Assembly (NCBI RefSeq): GCF_039654945.1
Contig: NW_027361681.1
Span: forward strand, 3,720,001-3,784,000
Source: Dendrobates tinctorius
Taxonomy: Eukaryota
Length of the DNA: 64,000 bases
Direction: 5' to 3'
The notes under the pieces: model-generated
What the model was told of the DNA's origin: nothing
Database searches by the model: none
What the model saw: the letters and a program-made list of their open reading frames with translations, nothing else
Made by a program: the position numbers and the translations under genes
In this document: positions 40,764 through 52,110 of the stretch, piece by piece
Numbering within the stretch: the first letter of the stretch is position 1
How the letters are laid out: every line of letters starts with the position of its first letter

Positions 40764-40843
40764 CGAGGTAAGGAGTATCGTGCAATCCACAGTCGAGCGA
40801 TCTTCAGCGTGTTCGGCCCCTCGTGATACCAAGTGTGCTGGTA
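40764..40843 (-). CDS. PRPF4: PRPF4 exon 5
   Basis: [26 protein letters not shown]; GT-AG, 80 nt. Confidence 0.96.
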
Positions 40844-43800
40844 CTGAAGATAAAAACAATCCACTATAAGTGGGATCCAGTGTAATATAACCACTGTGCA
40901 ATGCAGCTTCATGCAGTCTAATGCTTCATCATTTTATGCTGAAAAGCAAGTTCCTAATAAATCTTGTGTTACCTGCACTGATGCATTGCAGCAAACGATC
41001 AGAACAAGAGAAAGTAGTGCTGCTGATGTTCATAGCTCAGAAATAAATATGTGAACTGATATAGAGCAGGAAAGCCATCAGCTGGGAGTTTTCACTATTA
41101 ATTTACAACAAGCGGTGATCTTGAAATGGTACAGAAAGTTTATAAGTAACTCGTTGTACAATGACTGAATGGAAATGCAAGGAATTATACAATTTTCCCC
41201 TGCCCACATATTGCTGAGTTTACAGTTATTTTTCAGAGCTGCACTCACTATACTGATAGTGCAGTCAATGTGTACACACTGTCACGGGTTTACCGCAACA
41301 GAGAAGCCAGGAGACCACAGTGTCTGATTTCTCCATACTCCTGCACTGATTAGAAGTACTTCATCATATTGAACAGTGCAGGATTAATCTACTCATTTGA
41401 GAGAGCCTGGAGATTTCCTGCTTTGATGATCTCAGCTGTTCAGTGTTGGCCACTCCCCTATGCTATACATACTTGCCTTTAGAAATCAGGGATTGTCAGA
41501 GTTAGTTTCATACTGCCTTGTTCTGAAGTTAGAGGTGTTGGTTGTTTGGGAAAGCATTGGGAGTCTTGTTCAGAAGACTTACTTTGTGATTTGTCTGTGT
41601 GAATATCCTCATCCTCTCCTATTTTTTTTTTTTTTTGGTTTATCCTCGTTCTCTCATATTTGGTTTTCATTCATTTACTTCCCGATGTTCAACTCTGTTA
41701 TCTGAGTGCATATCTGTATGATTGGTATTTTCATTTATCCCTGTATGTCCTCCCTTGTTAGTCTGGTTTGTGTATTCTTATACATCATTACTCCCCACCT
41801 CCCTGGGCTGATTTAGGAGCTCAGCAAGGCATGTAGCCCTGGCGTCTTCACAATCAGAAGTAATGGGATGTCCTGCAACAGTGCCATGACATTAACTCTG
41901 GCCAAACAATTTTTTTTTATCCATCACAGATACTATTACTGCTCTTGTAGGGCAACTGCAGCAACTCAGCCTGAAGGTGGCAGACCTACGCACTGTTTCT
42001 ATTTTAGCATCCAAACATCTGGTTTTAGGGACTGCAACTCCCAGGCAGCCCCAGATGTAGCTCAAGATCGTTTTGCTCAACAGGTTCTCTGGGAGGCAAC
42101 ACAAGTTTGTTGTTTGCAGGAGTCATGTGTGCTATATTTTAAATTACATCCTCACTCCTCAGGAGAAGCAATGGGTGGGGATCGCAATTTCTCTCCTTCA
42201 GGCTGACTCCCAAGTTTGAGCATTTTCTCTCCGTGCAAACCCAGTCTCTTTGGACGGTTGAGGAATTTTTTTTTCATGTGCTGGTTCATATATATCGCGA
42301 CTCCCTGGCCAAGTCTATTCTATGTCAGCTTCGGCAGGGAGACCAGCCGGTGGACAAGTATTGCTCCGAGTTCCGGGGGTGGTCCACCAAATACTAGGTG
42401 GAACGACCCTGTGCTCTGTAGCCAGTTCTGACAAGGGCTATCAGTAAGGGTTAAGGATGCCTTTGCTCTGCATGAGACTCGGGTTTCCCTTGAGGCGGCC
42501 ATGTCTATGGCAATCCGTGTGGACCACAGTGTTCGCCAGAGACATAAAGAGACACTCCAATTTTCGGGAAAGTCGGTGTCAAGGGAAACTAGGTCTGAGT
42601 CAACTGAGGAACCCATGCAGTTGGGTGAGGCAGCACATTCTGTTGGTCCAACTGTAGTTTGGTGTAAAGGGGCGAGTGTTTCTTTGTGGGTGCTTGTCCT
42701 CCCTTAACCCACCATAAACAGCTGCCGGAAAACGAAAAAGCCCGTTTGAGGGGAGGTTGGCAACCCGGGTGTACATATTTCCTCTGTGGGTAGGTCACAA
42801 TTTTATTTTACTTTTTATTAGCGTAGATCCATCTGGGCAAACAAAAGTGGTCATTTCAGCCTCTCTGGCCATTGTGGTGGGGTTTAATTTGATCGTTAGG
42901 TTCATCCAGGTCCTCAAACCATATACACTGTCCAGACCTATACCCATAAACACCATCAACTCTGCACCCTTGAGACAGTCGTATTTTACTCAAGCCATCC
43001 AAGGGTTACATCTATATGTAGGGGCCATGCACTAAGAAAGTATTAACTGTTATGTGTTAGAGCGTCGGCCTTCTCCTGTGGTTCTTGGGCTTAGCTAACT
43101 CTGCACCACCCTGTGGTAGATTGTCAGATTCAGGAGTTCTTAAAGTGGAGTGAGTATTGTCAAGGACACTGCTTGGGCACCTGGCTAGCCAGGGTGAGTA
43201 CCCAATCTCTGCCTGAATACCTGTCTGACTTTGGGGATGTTTTCAGAACAGGGGTGTCAAGAACTCCCCTCCTCATCGTTCTTATACGATTGCGCCATTA
43301 ATTTTATACCTGGGGCCAAGCTGCCAAAGAGCAGACTATATAATATCTCTGTTCCAGAGAGACCATCGCTGAAAGTCTGGCAAAGGGCCATATCAAACAG
43401 TCTTCATCTCCCATTACTGCGGGGTTTTGCTTTGTAAAGAAGAAAGATTATAGGTATGGGATCCATATCCTCACACCCCGGAAAACTTTAACCAGATTGT
43501 AGGAGCAAAATGGCTTTCTATACTGAATATCAGGGGGGCGTATAATCTCATTTGTATTAAAAAAGGGGAATGAGTGGAAGACAGCCTTCAATGCACCTGA
43601 GGGACACTATGAGAACCTTGTGATTCTATTTGGGTTGACAAAAGCTCCCGCCGTCTTTCAGCACTTTGTAAATGACATCTAGTCACCTGGTAGGTAGATT
43701 TGTGGTAATCTATCTTGATGACATATTAATTTATTCACCTGACCTCAAGTCACATCAGGTACATGTCAGGCAGGTTTTACAGATACTTGGAGACAAATTA

Positions 43801-46455
43801 TTTGTGAAACCAGAGAAGTGCATGTTCTCGGTTCAGGAGATCCTTTTTCTAAGTTATTACTTATTGTTCACTGATTTTTGCATGGATCTGGCAAAAGTCC
43901 AGGTGGTACTGGGATTATAATCGTCCTGAGGACTTTACAAAAGTTGTTTGGTTTCGCCAACTACTACCGAGAGTACATCAAAAACTTTTCAGTAGTGGCC
44001 AAACCTTTGACGGATAGAGATCAGGAAAGGAATGGATTTTTCCAAGTGATCCAGTCAGGCCAGCGAGGCACTTAATATCTTGAAAAGATGTTTTGCATCT
44101 GTACAGATTCTTATACAGCCGGACGACACTCAGCCATTTTTTGTAGAAGTTGATGCGTCTGAAGTGGGGGTTGTATTGTTGCATGGTGCATCTCCTGGTA
44201 AATGGTGTCTGTGTGCATATTTTTCTAAGAAATGGTCTTCCACTGAGAAAAACTATGACTTTGCTAATAGGGAACTATTGGCAATGAAGTTGGCTTTTGA
44301 AGAGTGTCGTTATTTTCTCGAAGAAGCAGTTCATCTGGTCAAGGTAATAACTGATCATAAAGATCTTTTATATCTTGAATCTTCCAAGTGTCTGACACCT
44401 AGACAGGCAAGATGGACACTGTTCTTCACCAGATTCAACTTTTTTGTCACATATAGGCCGGCGGGGTATAAAAACCATTAAGGCAGATGCCTTATCTCGT
44501 TTTCCTGGGGGTGGAGATAATTGTGAACCAGTTCCTATACTACAGAAAGGGGTGGTTAGTGCTGCTTTAAGTTCTGACCTTCAGAAAGAGGTTGCTGAGG
44601 CTCAGGGTGACACCCATACTACCTGTTCGTTAGGTAAACTGTTTGTTCCTGTAAATCTCCGTCTTAAGTTTTGAGCGAACATCATGATTTGGTCTTGGCC
44701 GGACAACCTGGTAATAAAGTCACTACAGATCTCCTTACCCAGCATTTTTGGTAGTTTGGGGTACATCAGGATGTCCGGGAGTATGTGCACATTCTAAAAC
44801 CTCTCATACTCATCCATCAGGGTCTCTCCACCCATTGGTGATTCACAGTCTACCTTGGACTCATTTATCGGTAGATTTCATCACAGATCTACCAATATCT
44901 TCAGGTAACACTGTACTTTTGGTGGTAATGGACAGATTCAGCAAGATGTCTCATTTCATTCTGCTACCAGCTTTACCCAATGCCAAGACGTTGGGGCAAA
45001 TTATCAGCAAATTGTGACATTACATGGGATTCCTACAGCGGGGGGTGCAATTTATTCCCAAATTTTGGAGGGCATTTTGCACTCATTTGGGGATCCATCT
45101 GTCGTTTTCTTCAGCCTTAAATCCACAGTCTAATGGGCAAACAACTTGTAAACCAAAAATTTGAAACTTATCTTAGGATCTTTGTGTCTAAGAATCAGGA
45201 AAAATGGGTTACTTACATACATCTAGCTGAATTTGCTGTAAATAATAGTTGTCATGAGTCTACTGGTAAGTCCCCATTTTTCGGGGCATATGGGTTTCAT
45301 CTTCAGTTCATCTCATTTAATAGAAATCGTCCTGCTGGATTACCTGAAGAGGAACAGTTTTCATCATCAATTATGTCTGTGTGGCATGGAGTTATTGATA
45401 ACTTTAAGAGGATGGGGTCCAAAGAGAGTGGCTGATCGGAGATGTTTGGTTGGTCTGGACCTGTGTGATGGTGATTTAGTGCAGTTGTCCTCGAGGAACA
45501 TTAAAAGTTGAAGGTTCCTTTTTAGAAACTGGGTCCCAGGGTCATCGGTCACTAAAAGATTGTGACTGTCAATCCCGCCTTACTTTGCCACCCACTTTTA
45601 GGATTCATAATGTGTTTCACCAGTCTCTGCTCCAAAAAATATGTTGTGTCCTCTGAACCATCATCATCACCACCTCCATCTCCAATCAGTCTTGATGTGA
45701 ATTTGAAATTTGAGATTGCTAAGATCATTGATTCTTGCTTGGTTCCTCGGTCTCTTCAGTATCTGGTACACTGGAAGGGATACAGTCCTGAAAAAGAGGA
45801 CATGGGTAACAGAATTTTATGTTCATGTGATCAGGTTGATCTGGTCTTTTCACGCGGAACACCATGATGGACCTCAGGGGCGAGTCTCTTAGAAGGGGGG
45901 TACTGTCATGGGTTTACCATGACAAAGAGGAGCCAGAAGACCGCAGCGTCTGATTTCTCCTATTCCTGCACTGGTTAGGAGCACTTCATCATCATATTAA
46001 ACAGAGCAGTTTTCTGCTAGCGGTACAGGGATTAATCTGTTCAGTTGAAGCTCCTGGTACTGTCTCAGCTGTTCAGTGTTGGCCACTCCACTATATATTC
46101 GCGCCTCTGGCAATCAGGGATTGCCAGTGTTAGTTTCGTACTGCATGGTTCTGGAGATTGAATGTGCTGGTTGTTTGAGGAAGCATTGGGAGAGCTGTTC
46201 AGAAGACTTTTGCTTGGTGATTTGTCTGTGTGCATATCCTCATCTTCTCCTATTTGGTTTTTCCTTCCTTTACGTCCCAGTGTTCCACTCTGTTTGTGAG
46301 TGCATATTTATATGATTGGTAATTTCATTTACCCCTGTACATCTTCCCTTGTTACACAAAGAAAAAACACAGTATGACAAACGTGCAAAACTACTCTGTG
46401 GTAAAAAAATATAACAGTAGACAGCAAGTGCTAGTAAAAAATGGTAACAAAAACA

Positions 46456-46535
46456 GGGTATTTAGTTGATACGTTTTTTGCAAGAAATGTATACTAAGCC
46501 ACTCCACCAACGTCACGGTATACCCATCTCGTAGC
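46456..46535 (-). ncRNA. Candidate HDV-like ribozyme (copy C)
   Basis: GCUAC-GAGAU-GGGUAU-ACC-GUGACGUU-GGU-GGAGU-GG-P4-CUAA-AUACCC; manual fold. Confidence 0.5.
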
Positions 46536-46688
46536 AATCCTATCTAATGTATTTAAAACCTGATCATGTGAACAGTACCTATATGAGCAGGATTCAGAAA
46601 GGCGCTTCTTATGTGGGCACGCTGTGTAAGACGGCTCTTTATGTGCGTGTCACACAAGAGGGGGGGGGTAAATACATTAGATAGGACT

Positions 46689-46768
46689 GCTCCGAGATGG
46701 GTATACCGTGACGTTGGTGGAGTGACTTATGTTTTTTGCAAAAAATGTATGCTATCAACTAAATACCC
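46689..46768 (+). ncRNA. Candidate HDV-like ribozyme (copy A)
   Basis: P1 GCUCC/GGAGU, P2 GGGUAU/AUACCC, P3 ACC/GGU, J4/2 CUAA; manual fold. Confidence 0.5.
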
Positions 46769-47103
46769 TGTTTTTGTTGTTTTTTACGAGCACTTGCTGT
46801 CTACTGTTATATTTTTTACAACAGTATTTTTGCACGTTTGTCATACTGTGTTTTTTCGTGTTTCAGTCTTTGGGTGGTGTGAACACTGTCCAACCGATCT
46901 ATTCATTTTTGTGCGCGTCACATGTGTTTTTAATCTATTAGTTCTTTGCTCATGCAAGTTTTGGGAGTTTCCCTCCCCTCTCGTGTGACACGCACATAAA
47001 GAGCCGTCTTACACAGCGTGCCCACATCAAAAAGCGCCTTTCTGAATCCTACTCATATAGGTACTGTTCACATGATCAGGTATTAAATACATTAGATAGG
47101 ACT

Positions 47104-47182
47104 GCTCCGAGATGGGTATACCGTGACATTGGTTGAGTGGCTTAGTATACATTTTTGCAAAAAACGTATCAACTAAATACCC
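47104..47182 (+). ncRNA. Candidate HDV-like ribozyme (copy B)
   Basis: Same fold with L3 and P1' substitutions. Confidence 0.45.
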
Positions 47183-47551
47183 TGCTTTTCTTATCATGTT
47201 TTACTAGCACTTGCTGTTATATTTTTTACAACAGAGTATTTTTGCACGTTTGTCATATTGGGTTTTTGCTTTGTGTTTCAGTCTTTGGGTGGTGTGAACA
47301 CTGTCCAACCGACCTGTTCATTTTTGTGCGTGTCACATGTTTTTAATCTTCCCTTGTTAGTCTGGTTTGTGTGTTCTTACACACTACAACTCCCCTCTTC
47401 CCTGGGTTTGGAGGAGGGGGACAGATATAGGGCCGATTCAGGAGGTTAGCAAGGCACGTGGCCATGGTATCTTCACTATCTGAAGTAATCTTGAGAGCAG
47501 AGAGGGCGCCCCTAGCTCTGGGATATCCTGCAACAGTGCCGTGACACACAC

Positions 47552-48035
47552 ATTACATTAATGATCCTGTATTGATTCAGAGTTATACTCCATATCTGTA
47601 ATCACTATTCTGGTGGAGACTGTGTACATACATTACATTACTTATCCTGTACAGATCCTGAGTTACATCTGGTATCATACTCCAGTGCTGCACTCACTAT
47701 TCTGCTAGTACAGACACTGTGTACATACATTACTGATCCTGAGTTACACCCTGTATTATACTCCAGAGCTGCACTCACTATTCTGCTGGTGCAGTCACTG
47801 TGTACATACATTACTGATCCTGAGTTACATCCTGTATTATACCCCAGAGCTGCACTCACTATTCTGCTGGTGCAGTCACTGTGTACATACATTACATTAC
47901 TGATCCTGAGTTACACCCTGTATTATACTCCAGTGCTGCACTCACTATTCTGCTAATATAGAGTCACTGTGTACATACATTACTTATCCTGTACTAATCC
48001 TCAGTTACACCGTCCAATATTCTGCTGGTTGTTAT
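47552..48035. repeat. 81-bp minisatellite (also 41230-41279; target of the Gypsy insertion)
   Basis: GAGTTACA recurs at 47660, 47741, 47822. Confidence 0.88.
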
Positions 48036-48290
48036 ATGAAGCTGTTAGCAAGCTTGATAACAAACCATACTTTTGTACCCAACCTGGGGCCTCTAATGCA
48101 GGGAGATATTTTTCTCTACATCAGATAACTAGACAAAGCCAACAAATAAAATCAGCAATGCAGACGCTGAACAAGCATGGAGTTCTCAGAGGGATTTCAG
48201 CTCTGGAACTCAGAAATGTGAAGACAGCTCTGCAGTGTAATACAAAATTAAAAGACACTATACAATGGCCAGTATGGACCTCCATCATAC

Positions 48291-48378
48291 CTCTTCCCTT
48301 GAGGCTTTGGATTTCTCATCTTCTTTCTTGTTTTTTTTCAAGGCATCTGTGCCGACAACAGAGAGAACATTTCGCAAC
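48291..48378 (-). CDS. PRPF4: PRPF4 exon 4
   Basis: [29 protein letters not shown]; GT-AG, 88 nt. Confidence 0.96.
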
Positions 48379-48573
48379 CTGCAAAGCAGAATGATTATTA
48401 TTTGACATCAATCACTGTGCGATGGAAAGGTCCAGAAACCTGACAGAAGTGGTTCAGAAAAGTAGATTTCTGCCTTCAGCCATTGAATTGGAAGATTCAT
48501 TGTTCAGCAGACACGATGACAGTATTCTGCGCAAGTAGGATATCAGAAAGGCTTTACTGCACAAATTATCTCA

Positions 48574-48801
<228 letters not shown>

Positions 48802-48999
48802 TTAGCAACTTTCTATTATGCTTTCCATTTCCTTTTCAGATCAAATTCAACATCACTGCTTGTGGGCAGTGAATAATGATACCCCTATTTACAGTGACTA
48901 ATGATACCCCTATTTATATCCAGAAGCTGATCACTTGTCCTGTTATCACCGCTGAAAGTTGGTCACAATTGCATGCAGTCTACGTCCTTCCAAGCTTAA

Positions 49000-49333
49000 A
49001 GGGTTGTCTCCATAAGAATAACTTGATTTTTCTTCTCCTCTGGAAAGGAGATAACATGATTGCAGGGGTCCAACTGTGGAATACCCAGCGATCCCGAGGG
49101 GCTCTGCAGCACTGCCCCGAATAGAGCAGAGATACACATGCTCGACGTCTACTCCATTCATTACTTATGGGACTGCTGGAAAAAACTGAACGCACTTCCA
49201 TAAACAATAAATGGAATGCACATCTCAACTCTACTCTCAGGTTTCCAGAGCTCCGATCTCAGGGTCCCATTGTTCAGACCCCCAGTGATCAAATGATCCG
49301 CCCTCCTATATATTACTTTCTGCGAATAACCCT
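49000..49333. mobile_element. Kolobok/T2-type MITE
   Basis: TTAA-AGGGTT ... AACCCT-TTAA termini with internal palindromy. Confidence 0.6.
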
Positions 49334-49637
49334 TTAACAGCAGCAACGCACATGCTGATGATTTGTTACAATGTATCAATGCAGATAAAATGCATCGGGT
49401 GAAGTCAGATGATTGTCAAGACTGATTGTCAATTGCAGGAAACCCTCAGCTTGTAAGCAGTGCTAAGTCTGTGCCGATTTTAACCCTCTGGATGTTAACA
49501 GGAATGATTTCATTCACTGAATGCAAGCAAAGATCTTGAAAGTGCGAACACAAAGTACATTTGAAAGTTAAACAAGTTTTCACAATAAATCCTGGAGGAC
49601 GGTCAGCAAAGTATCGGTAAGACAAGGTCTCAGTCAC

Positions 49638-49797
49638 CTCCTCCGATATTGATGTTCCCGGACTCTATGCCAGCCTTCACCGCGGCTTTCCCCAGAGACG
49701 TCTCCCCCTTGGAGATTCGCTCCTTTTCTTTATCTGCCAAACTGCCGTAGAAAATACGAGACTTCTTCACCACCGGGGCCCCCTCATCGTCCGACAT
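49638..49797 (-). CDS. PRPF4: PRPF4 exon 2, first coding exon ([20 protein letters not shown]...)
   Basis: ATG at 49797; summed CDS 1521 nt = 506 aa plus stop with all phases consistent. Confidence 0.93.
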
Positions 49798-49874
49798 GTC
49801 TGCTGCTGTGGAAGAGGAAAAACACAGTAATAGATGAGGGTTATTACATTGGGGGTTCCGTCAGCGCCCGCTTT

Positions 49875-51648
49875 AAGGTCAGGGGTCTCCGGCAGCTATC
49901 AGGTCAGTGGGCCTCCGGCTGGCGGCAGCTATCAGTTCAGGGGGCCGACGGCCGCTATCAGGTCAGGGGGCCGACGGCAGCTATCAGGTCAGGGGGCCGA
50001 CGGCAGCTATCAGGTCAGGGGGCCGACGGCAGCTATCAGGTCAGGGGGCCGACGGCAGCTATCAGGTCAGGGGGCCGACGGCAGCTATCAGGTCAGGGGG
50101 CCGACGGCAGCTATCAGGTCAGGGGGCCGACGGCAGCTATCAGGTCAGGGGGCCGACGGCAGCTATCAGGTCAGGGGGCCGACGGCAGCTATCAGGTCAG
50201 GGGGCCGACGGCAGCTATCAGGTCAGGGGGCCGACGGCCGCTATCAGGTCAGGGGGCCGACGGCCGCTATCAGGTCAGGGGGCCGACGGCCGCTATCAGG
50301 TCAGGGGGCCGACGGCAGCTATCAGGTCAGGGGGCCGACGGCAGCTATCAGGTCAGGGGGCCGACGGCAGCTATCAGGTCAGGGGGCCGACGGCAGCTAT
50401 CAGGTCAGGGGGCCGACGGCCGCTATCAGGTCAGGGGGCCGACGGCCGCTATCAGGTCAGGGGGCCGACGGCCGCTATCAGGTCAGGGCCGGGCCGACGG
50501 CAGCTATAAGGTCAGGGGGCCGACGGCAGCTATAAGGTCAGGGGGCCGACGGCAGCTATAAGGTCAGGGGGCCGACGGCAGCTATAAGGTCAGGGGGCCT
50601 CTGGCTCGCGGCAGCTATAAGGTTAGGGGGCCTCTGGCTCGCGGCAGCTATAAGGTTAGGGGGCCTCTGGCTCGCGGCAGCTATAAGGTCAGGGGGCCTC
50701 TGGCTCGCGGCAGCTATAAGGTCAGGGGGCCTCTGGCTCGCGGCAGCTATAAAGTTAGGGGGCCTCTGGCTCGCGGCAGCTATAAGGTCAGGGGGCCTCT
50801 GGCTCGCGGCAGCTATAAGGTCAGGGGGCCTCTGGCTCGCGGCAGCTATAAGGTCAGGGGGCCTCTGGCTCGCGGCAGCTATAAGGTCAGGGGGCCTCTG
50901 GCTCGCGGCAGCTATAAGGTCAGGGGGCCTCTGGCTCGCGGCAGCTATAAGGTCAGGGGGCCTCTGGCTCGCGGCAACTATAAGGTTAGGGGGCCTCTGG
51001 CTCGCGGCAGCTATAAGGTCAGGGGGCCTCTGGCCGGGGGCAGCTATAAGGTCAGGGGCCTCTGGCTCACGGCAGCTATAAGGTTAGGGGGCCTCTGGCT
51101 CGCTGCAGCTATAAGGTCAGGTGGCCTCTGGCTGGCGGCAGCTATAAAGTTAGGGGGCCTCTGGCTGGCGGCAGCTATAAGGTTAGGGGGCCTCTGGCCG
51201 GGGGCAGCTATAAGGTCAGGGGCCTCTGGCTCACAGCAGCTATAAGGTTAGGGGGGCTCTGGCTCGCTGCAGCTATAAGGTCAGGGGGCCTCTGGCTGGC
51301 GGCAGCTATAAGGTTAGGGGGCCTCTGGCTGGCGGCAGCTATAAGGTCAGGGGGCCTCCGGCGGGGGGCAGCTATAAGGTTAGGGGGCCTCTGGCTCGCG
51401 GCAGCTATAAGGTCAGGGGGCCTCTGGCTGGCGGCAGCTATAAGGTTAGGGGGCCTCTGGCTGGCGGCAGCTATAAGGTCAGGGGGCCTCCGGCGGGGGG
51501 CAGCTATAAGGTTAGGGGGCCTCTGGCTCGCGGCAGCTATAAGGTCAGGGGGCCTCTGGCTGGCGGCAGCTATAAGGTCAGGGGGCCTCCGGCGGGGGGC
51601 AGCTATAAGGTCAGGGGACCTCCGGCGGGGGGCAGCTATAAGGTTAGG
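49875..51648. repeat. GC-rich tandem array: 26-bp unit switching to a related 33-bp unit
   Basis: GCTATCAGGTCAGGGGGCCGACGGCA to ~50580, then GCTATAAGGTYAGGGGGCCTCTGGCTCGCGGCA. Confidence 0.97.
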
Positions 51649-51833
51649 AAGCCAGTATTTCTGTCATCCCTATGGTTGATGTCGTCAGTAACAATGAGGC
51701 AGTTTTTCCTGTCAGGAGTCTCGGTTTCATCTGGGGCAGGTAGAGCCGGCACTGAGGGGCTCAGTCATCACCGGCTGCTGATCCCCAGGACTGAACATGA
51801 CGCCTGTGTGGGGAAATTAATAACAATAATTAC

Positions 51834-51900
51834 CGGAGAGATAACGCCAATCATCCGCTCTCCGCCTCCAACAGCAGCCACACGCTATAGCAACTGTTTC
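51834..51900 (-). other. PRPF4: Probable PRPF4 non-coding exon 1 (5' end approximate)
   Basis: Donor CCG|GTAATT at 51833 next to the promoter motifs. Confidence 0.55.
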
Positions 51901-51960
51901 CGGGTCATCAGAGGGGGAAATGACGGTAACCGGAAGTGAGAAGAGATGGCGGAAGTAGCT
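51895..51960. promoter_or_regulatory. PRPF4/CDC26 bidirectional promoter core
   Basis: ETS/GABPA motifs CCGGAAGTG (51930-51938), GCGGAAGT (51949-51956) and reverse CCGGAAA (~51897-51903); YY1-like GATGGCGG (51945-51952); head-to-head genes. Confidence 0.75.
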
Positions 51961-51974
51961 GTGGAGCCAGTCAG
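51940..51974 (+). other. CDC26: Probable CDC26 5' exon 1 (start approximate)
   Basis: Donor CAG|GTGAGG at 51975. Confidence 0.6.
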
Positions 51975-52110
51975 GTGAGGAGGAGACCGAGGAGGGTGAT
52001 GTGTTCTGGGCAAAGCGCACAAGACAGTACAGCTGAGATACATCCACCATAACTGTATCTAATAGCAAGGCTCAAGGGGTAAACTTAGTTATATATTACA
52101 TAAGTATAGG

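Larger units (their letters stand above)
46355..47345 (+). mobile_element. Retrozyme/Penelope-like non-coding insertion: 5' inverted copy plus ~1.6 tandem 415-bp units
   Basis: 14-bp TSD ATCTTCCCTTGTTA (46341-46354, 47346-47359) in the Gypsy 3' LTR; direct repeat offset 415 (46669/47084); 46355-46668 inverted. Confidence 0.85.
41280..47546 (+). mobile_element. Degenerate Gypsy/Ty3 chromovirus (Tf1/sushi group) LTR retrotransposon in PRPF4 intron 4
   Basis: 5' LTR 41280-41891 and 3' LTR 45904-47546 (TG...CA), 5-bp TSD CACAC, PPT AGAAGGGGGG 45891-45900; RT (YLDDIL), RNaseH (VDASEVG, RELLA), integrase (SVDFITDLP, MDRFSKM) and chromodomain (QYLVHWKGYS) fragments. Confidence 0.95.

Noticed and set aside
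46560-46602. Possible hammerhead in the 415-bp unit (CTGATCA...GAAA)
   Set aside because: Core mismatch and no convincing stem II or III
48870-48935. Possible C/D-box snoRNA
   Set aside because: No RUGAUGA C box; only a short local duplication
49834-50535. 233-aa and 200-aa repetitive ORFs
   Set aside because: They come from a 26-bp tandem repeat lacking stop codons, antisense within PRPF4 intron 1
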